Assembly: GCA_963693365.1 (NCBI GenBank)
Contig: CAVNZM010000006.1
Coordinates: 8,101,264-8,165,263 of the forward strand
Length of the DNA stretch: 64,000 bases
Direction of reading: 5' to 3'
Source: Amoebidium appalachense
Taxonomy: Eukaryota > Protista > Ichthyosporea
The position numbers and the translations under genes were made by a program. Numbering within the stretch: the first letter of the stretch is position 1; each line of letters opens with the position of its first letter. Below, one piece after another: positions 14,472 to 64,000 of the stretch. A model generated the notes under the pieces. It saw nothing but the letters and a program-made list of their open reading frames with translations, searched no databases and had not been told where the DNA came from.

Positions 14472-14937
14472 GAACCATGGAGTTGCGGCGATCGGTCTCC
14501 GGGCCAAATTCATATGAAAACAGGGTTACATCGAGAGTGAAAAGGTAGCCGAATTATGCGCTAGAGCCAAATTTTTTGCATGTTAATTATGTAAATAGTG
14601 TTTTCTTTAAACGTTCAGTACAGAAAAATATAACTCAATCAATTGGTTCAGCGTTGGCGACGAAAAAAACCAACTGCACCAAAGGTGGTACGGTTTGATA
14701 CTAAAAATAGCACCAAAACGTACTAGATTTGGTGCAGTTGGTTTGTCAGTCGCTGACACCGAACCATTTGAGTTATAATTTTTCAGTACTGAAAGTTTGA
14801 AGAAAACACTATTTACATAATTACCATGCAAATTTTTTGGCTCTAGCGCATAATTCGGCTACCTTTTCACTCTCGATGTAACCCTGTTTTTCATATGAAT
14901 TTGACCCGGAGACCGATCACCGAAATTCCATGGGTTC
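14472..14937. mobile_element. Foldback-type MITE with ~165-bp terminal inverted repeats
   Basis: 14475-14640 (ccatggagttgcggcgatcggtctccgggccaaattcatatgaaaacagggttacatcgagagtgaaaagg...) is the near-perfect reverse complement of 14768-14933; no coding capacity. Confidence 0.9.
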
Positions 14938-15067
14938 ATCCTCGTTAAACACAATTTCTGAGCATTCGTCCTTACCGTGACGCTGTTTTCATAACGCGAT
15001 GGGTTCATCCTCGTTAAACACAATTTCTGAGCATTCGTCCTTACCGTGACGCTGTTTTCATAACGCG
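14930..15067. repeat. Perfect 69-bp tandem duplication abutting the MITE end
   Basis: atgggttcatcctcgttaaacacaatttctgagcattcgtccttaccgtgacgctgttttcataacgcg occurs twice head-to-tail. Confidence 0.9.
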
Positions 15068-15620
15068 TGTGTGCTGCCCTGCAAGAGCCTTATCACATAC
15101 AGGAATAGAATTGGAATAAAAACAAACATTAAAATTTGAGGTCTACCTTGAATATAATCAAATAGAAAGCCTGCGTTAGGCCAATGTTGCTTTTTCTACC
15201 GGAATCAGAATACTCTATTAAGGGCGAAATCGGATAATACTAATGATGTGGGGAAAGGATGGATGGGTGGAGGAGGGAGATAAGCTTCTGGCATCGATAA
15301 TTAAAGGAACAATTATAATATCTATCGAAGTCCTGTTAAGTTCAATATCATACATAGTAACTGTACAGCCAAATGAACCAAGCAAGCGAACAAACAAATG
15401 GAAGAGAAACCACACTGGTTCTAACCAGATGATTCGACTTACAGTAACATATTGTAATCAGAATGGCCTTTAAGAAACCATTAAAAAGAAAAAAAGAGAA
15501 AACAAATAAAAAACAGCTTAAGCATCGATCAACAAGTGTCCATCATGATACATACCTTCCCCTCCCCCCCCCCCCCCCCCCCCCCCCCCCAAAGCCCCAC
15601 CGCACCCACCTCCTTCCCCT

Positions 15621-36387
<20,767 letters not shown>

Positions 36388-37572
36388 CTTTAAGCATTGG
36401 AGCCCGGCGAAAACTAAGCAAGACGCGGTCGATGTCTTGGGTGTACGTCGTGTCAATTTGTGGTGAGGTCTCTAAAATTCGAGTCGTTTCAACTTTTGCT
36501 TGATGGAGGTTGCAATGAAGTAGAAAATGCTATTAAAGCCCGGGTAAAGACATTTTTCGCGCTCAAGACAATCTTAGGTGGTATAGTTGAGCCCGTCTAT
36601 CGCGATCGCAGAGTACAAACAAGGTCGAGTGATGCTGAGCGTGAAGCTGCACACGCACATCTATCAGATGATAAGGGCCACCGTTTTTGCTGTCGCCTTA
36701 GTCTCTCTCTTTCTTTCTAGCCTACTTTTTCATGTGTTAATTAGTTATTAATCTCCAGACAAAAACTCGGAAGAAGTTGACTTCGGCATTTGCTTTCCGA
36801 CTTGAAAGCACCAGTTGACCCACGGCCACCTAGAAACACCACGGCCATCTAGAAACACCAGATGGCTGTGCAGTTGACCACAAGACTATGAGCCCGTTTT
36901 CGTTTGCCGGCCGGCTCGGCGCTAGCGCGACGTGAAACCCAAACCGGCTGGTGTGACCCCAGATTTTCCTTTCTTTCAAATTCGCCCAGACATCACAAAC
37001 TTTTAAGAAATTTGGCTTTTCCCCATATCATAACATTTTATTGCTCCTTTCATATAGTATTACTAAAGAAATAAATATTATATATCATGTTTTGTTTTCT
37101 AGAGATGCTTTGCTGCTTGATAATGTGCCTATTATAAATGAACCTTTTACGACAGTTAATCCGTTACTCTACTTTTTCTTGCTCGTGAAAAGTTTTAGCA
37201 ACAGTGTTGAGCCCCGAAAGGACCAGCTCTAGGAGAACACTGCTCATCTAACCGCTTTCTCCATATTTGGCTAATGGCGCGAAGTTGGTTTGCTCGTAGC
37301 CAATCATCTTTCAGTTGCGCAAACGAGTCACTTCCAGGTGCTCCAAAACGCGGAGCCTCGTCGCTCGACGTTATATGTGAGAACATGGAAATTGGAAATT
37401 GGGAAATAAGACTTTGTTGAAAGTGTTGTTGAAAGGCAAGGAAAACGTAAATGGGGCAAAAAAGACGTACTTTTGGCAAGTAATTAAACAGTGATTTAGT
37501 TCTACTATGTAGATGAGGAAATCGGGAGGAAAAAAAGCAACCAAGCGGTGATGTTCGAGAAGTTCAAGCAAG
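36388..37572. promoter_or_regulatory. Candidate bidirectional promoter between the divergent GTPase-like genes
   Basis: ~1.2-kb gap free of long microsatellites between two divergent ATGs; 19-bp direct repeat 36822-36859; CArG-like CCATATTTGG at 37261. Promoter role is inferred from position. Confidence 0.55.
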
Positions 37573-59956
<22,384 letters not shown>

Positions 59957-60262
59957 CCACTAAATTCCTGTTGAAAACAAAAGCAGCCTAGTGTAGTTAC
60001 ATGCAGGGTTTAAGGTCTATGTTCGTCTTTTTCTCGGGACAACGGCAATATGACGTCAATTCAATCACGTCACCGAATGGTTCACGGCCAATCGGTGCCA
60101 ATAGAAATTGAGCTCACTGATTGGTTTTTATCATATATGGGATGTCTATTTAAGGGAGTTTGCCATACAAGGAGAATTCCATGCATGCCGACATAGCTTT
60201 TAAGTTATATTTAGGAACACATTGGGCCAGTGAATTTGGTACCTGTAGGTGTGTCTGTGTAC

Positions 60263-60337
<75 letters not shown>

Positions 60338-60864
60338 TGATTTGGTGATAGAAGAGAACCCCCACCCCCCCCCCCACCCACCACCACCACTACCACCACA
60401 ACCACCACCACCACTACACACACACGCGCGCACGCACCTCCCCCCCCCCCCCCCCCCCCCCCACCTCCCTCCCTCCCTTCTGGACCTGGGTCTCCCCCAC
60501 GGGTTCCGGGGGACGTCTTTTTCTACTTCCCTAAGCCTGTATCCAGTATGTGCTTTATAACGTTGTTCATGAAGACGTGTCATATGCACATGCATGATGG
60601 TTATTAAAGGCTATTCTGGCATTTCTCTAGGATTCCTTTGTACGGGATGTGCGCAGTTAAAGATATCATTAAGGGAATCAGTGATACCCCTTATATAGGC
60701 AAAGCCAATCATATACTGTATTCAATACCCACTGGGCGTGTTATGACTTTAAGTTACATACTGTACAGTGGTGTCCCAATTTGACGTACAAAGCCGCGGA
60801 ATGTAGGTGCGGTGGTATTTGAAACCACACTTTGTTAATAAGTCGGAATATGAATAACAGTTTA

Positions 60865-60946
<82 letters not shown>

Positions 60947-61018
60947 CACGTTCACGACAGCCTTTTACTTTTTTTGCCTTTTTCATTAAAACGGCTGTAG
61001 GAACAATGCAGGTACTGT

Positions 61019-61057
<39 letters not shown>

Positions 61058-61074
61058 TATATATAATATATATA

Positions 61075-61130
<56 letters not shown>

Positions 61131-61132
<2 letters not shown>

Positions 61133-61194
61133 TTAACATGAAACAAAGGATATTTACAAAAAATATATACAAAAATCTAGTGCCAACTAATATG

Positions 61195-61246
<52 letters not shown>

Positions 61247-61310
61247 CATATTAGTTGGCACTAGATTTTTGTATATATTTTTTGTAAATATCCTTTGTTT
61301 CATGTTAACC
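61131..61310. repeat. Perfect 180-bp palindrome centred on (TA)n
   Basis: ggttaacatgaaacaaaggatatttacaaaaaatatatacaaaaatctagtgccaactaatatgtatatg-(TA)n-exact reverse complement. Confidence 0.95.
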
Positions 61311-61712
61311 GTAATGATGACGTAATTACACCTGCAGTCATATTAGCAGCACAGTCTACCCAGTGCAACATATGACGTCATAGAGATGTCATCTTGAGTC
61401 ATGATCGGGCGCTGAGTTCGTGTAAAGCACTTTAACGGGGTTAACGCAGGTAGACTATATTTTCCAATCGAGTTACTCGAATGTGTACAGAAACACTATG
61501 TTAGTGGCTTTGAAGGTGCTTTCGTAATCGAAGGAATCACCGTGCATGGAACATCGTGGGGTCTATAGGGCACAGGGGTCTATAGGGCACAAGCTCACCC
61601 GCATGTGTGCTCACATCGACTACACGTACACACTGTTCCTATAGTGCCCTTTATAACCTAGCGCATTAGTGACCACTGTGCACACAAAACAACAATCATT
61701 GCAACCTTAGAC

Positions 61713-62484
61713 ATGCTTTCCCGTGCATGCCGTGCTGTCTACCCGGCAGCTTCTCTATATGCAAGATACATGTCAAGCGTTCCCTCGCCTTCATGGCAGT
61801 ACAAGTATTTTAATGCCCTTGAACAGCTCGTAGCAGCTAAGGATGAGTTGATTGCGGCCAAGGCTGAGGTGTCTGCAGCCAAGGATGGGATGATGGCAGC
61901 CACGAAAGAATTGATGGCAGCCATAATGAGATGTTTGCAGCCAAAAAAGAGTTGTCTGAGGTGATTGCAGCCAAGCATGAACTGGTGTTGGCAGACCTGA
62001 GGGCAAAGGACGCAGTAGTGGTAGCTGGAAATGACGCAGTGGTAGCTAAAAATGAAGTAATGGCTACCAAGGCGCAACTACATTAGGTGACCGAGGAAGT
62101 GAAGAAAGGGAGAACCAAAGAGCAAAAACTTGTAGTTAGATTCGCACTAGAAACCATTGCCGAAATTCAGCGTTATGGCGTACGCGGCAACAAAAGTAAC
62201 CTCGCCGGGGACATATAACTACGGCGGATGCACTTATGCAGTTTTGTACAACCACGAAGTTTCACAACGAAATACGTCGAGCTGCGGACGGAAACGAGAG
62301 AGAGCGAGTGGTCATCCAAGCCTTTGAATCATTGATTCCCTATGCCTCTATGCATTGCCGTCAGTTTATTCACGATCTCTCGGTGCCCGATCGTGATGGT
62401 GTGTTTCAGACCACAGAACAGCGCATGGCCTTCGTGTGTGCTTGTCGTGCCGCAGAGCTGGATGGTTTAGAAACTCTTTTATAG
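61713..62484 (+). pseudogene. Intronless pseudogene: presequence-like N-terminus, AAKxE coiled-coil repeats, C-terminal domain of unknown function
   Basis: MLSRACRAVYPAASLYARYMSS...LVAAKDELIAAK...; frameshift near 61923, TAG near 62084, TAA near 62216, second frameshift near 62233, then MQFCTTTKF...ELDGLETLL. Confidence 0.6.
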
Positions 62485-63178
62485 TCAGTGTACCATATTC
62501 GGTTGTTCCGATGATCTTGCTGGTGGAGCATTCAACTATTTTTGCCCCCCGTGCCGGCGAGTTTTAGTCCTGACCATATATTTGGTTACTTTTGATGTAC
62601 TGAGATCTCTCAAACATATGTATACAGTTCGCCCTAGCTGCCCCTTAGACTGCTGTTCAGCAAGCTTTATGATGCATGTTATTCCCCAACACTACGCTAG
62701 TTTAATCAGCAACTACGTTTATAGTCGTATTAGAACATAAGAGGTATACGGTGTGGATATGTTGCGACTTGCCAACTACGTATAAGGACATGTGCTTGTG
62801 CTTCAATCAATTGCTTGCTTGCTTACATGTATCATTTATATAATAATACGTAGAAACAAGATGCTGCTTCACCACACAATACACTTCAGAATTCTTCGAA
62901 TCTTATTAGCTGCTCGAACTCTGTTGTACTACAAGAAAATACAACTTACCTATAGATAAAGCTAGGGTACAACTCAACCCAACTTGACATTGCCCCAAGT
63001 CTTCTCCCCATCTGATTGTACGTGCATGCAACTCCTGATTGTAGATCCTCCCATGATGATCCAACTCTTTCCAAGTTGCTCACTGTCCAAGGCCCTGCAG
63101 GGGCCGCACAGTTTTGTGCGCTTAAAGTTGGAAATAACTCTCTCTCTCTCTCTCCCTCCCTCCCTCCCTCCCCCCCCC

Positions 63179-63223
<45 letters not shown>

Positions 63224-63849
63224 TCCCTCTCCCTCTCCCTCTCCCTCTCCCTCTCTCCCTCTTGTCTCTCTCTCTCCCCCCCCCCTCCCCCCCTCCCTCT
63301 CCCTCTCTCCCTCTCTCCCTCTCTCTAACTCTCTCTCTCTCCTGTCCCTCTTTCCCTCTCTCCCTTTTTCCCTCTCTATCTCTCCTGTCCCCTCCCTCCC
63401 CTCCGCCCCTCTCCCCGCGCTCGTGTATACAGTACATACCCCTCTCTGTTCAGTCAGTCTGTTAGCAAATTGAACTGGAAAATGTAGTGATGCTACCGAA
63501 AACTTATGGTGTTACTAAGATTAGAAACCTAAAAGTAGATCTTTTCCAGACGGCCAATGATTTGTTGACTTCGTCTTACGGCTGCTCAAAGTATAACATA
63601 CAGTAACGTCCGATATACCCGGGCCCATGTTTTTTTCGATGTTCCTCGCAAGACAAGCACGCAACCTAAGGCGCCTTCACAAGATCTCAACCAACAACCC
63701 AAGTCATAACGGTGCAAGACCTCCCGGAATAAAGTCATTGAATTAAGTAGTGGCAAGAAAACACAGCTGGGTACCCCTTTTAGGTAGCCTTGGAATTACG
63801 TTATAAAGTCTTATTCCTCCCTTTATTTTTCTTTATTTACTGATCAAAA

Positions 63850-63957
63850 ATGGCTGGAGCGGGCCAGGGGGACTCATCGAGGGAGGTCGGAGAGGCGTTG
63901 TATGATTTCCTGCACATGGAGATGGTGAATGTGCTGTCTGAGGGAGGAGACCAGAAG
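63850..63957 (+). CDS. TRAPPC6: TRAPP complex subunit 6 (Trs33), first exon; gene continues beyond window
   Basis: MAGAGQGDSSREVGEALYDFLHMEMVNVLSEGGDQK|gtgcgt resembles the TRAPPC6 N-terminus (..EALFLLLHNEMV..). Confidence 0.75.
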
Positions 63958-64000
63958 GTGCGTGTGCCTGTGTGTGTGCGCGCATGTGCGTCTGTGCATG

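Noticed and set aside
61920-62235. Stop-codon reassignment or readthrough
   Set aside because: Stops co-occur with frameshifts, and intact genes in the window end normally in TAG or TGA.

Overview
Eukaryotic nuclear DNA, not prokaryotic: intron-rich genes whose introns are packed with (CA/GT)n, (CT/GA)n and long C/G homopolymers, so almost all of the supplied ORF track is low-complexity noise. Splicing GT-AG exons by hand gives five genes. (1) The 3' part of a Flower/Tvp18-family membrane protein (+, 88-1456). (2) An ~803-aa arrestin with beta-arrestin-like C-domain features and a PPxY tail (-, 5263-12919). (3) A NUGGC/SLIP-GC-like dynamin-superfamily GTPase (-, 15621-36387). (4) Head-to-head with it, ~1.2 kb away, a highly diverged apparent paralog that keeps the fold landmarks but lacks recognisable G1/G3 motifs, a candidate pseudo-GTPase (+, 37573-59956). 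(5) The first exon of TRAPPC6 (+, 63850-). There are also an intronless coiled-coil pseudogene, several MITEs and a perfect 180-bp palindrome. Three things stand out: the GTPase/pseudo-GTPase divergent pair; a family of short elements that end at C-runs, carry a permuted hammerhead-like core and always lie in the sense orientation inside introns; and pervasive tandem echoes of exon-intron junctions that build much of the intron sequence. Gene content suggests an opisthokont/holozoan protist, but that is inference. Exon models and homology calls were made by eye from remembered motifs, no searches were run, and some short internal exons are unresolved.
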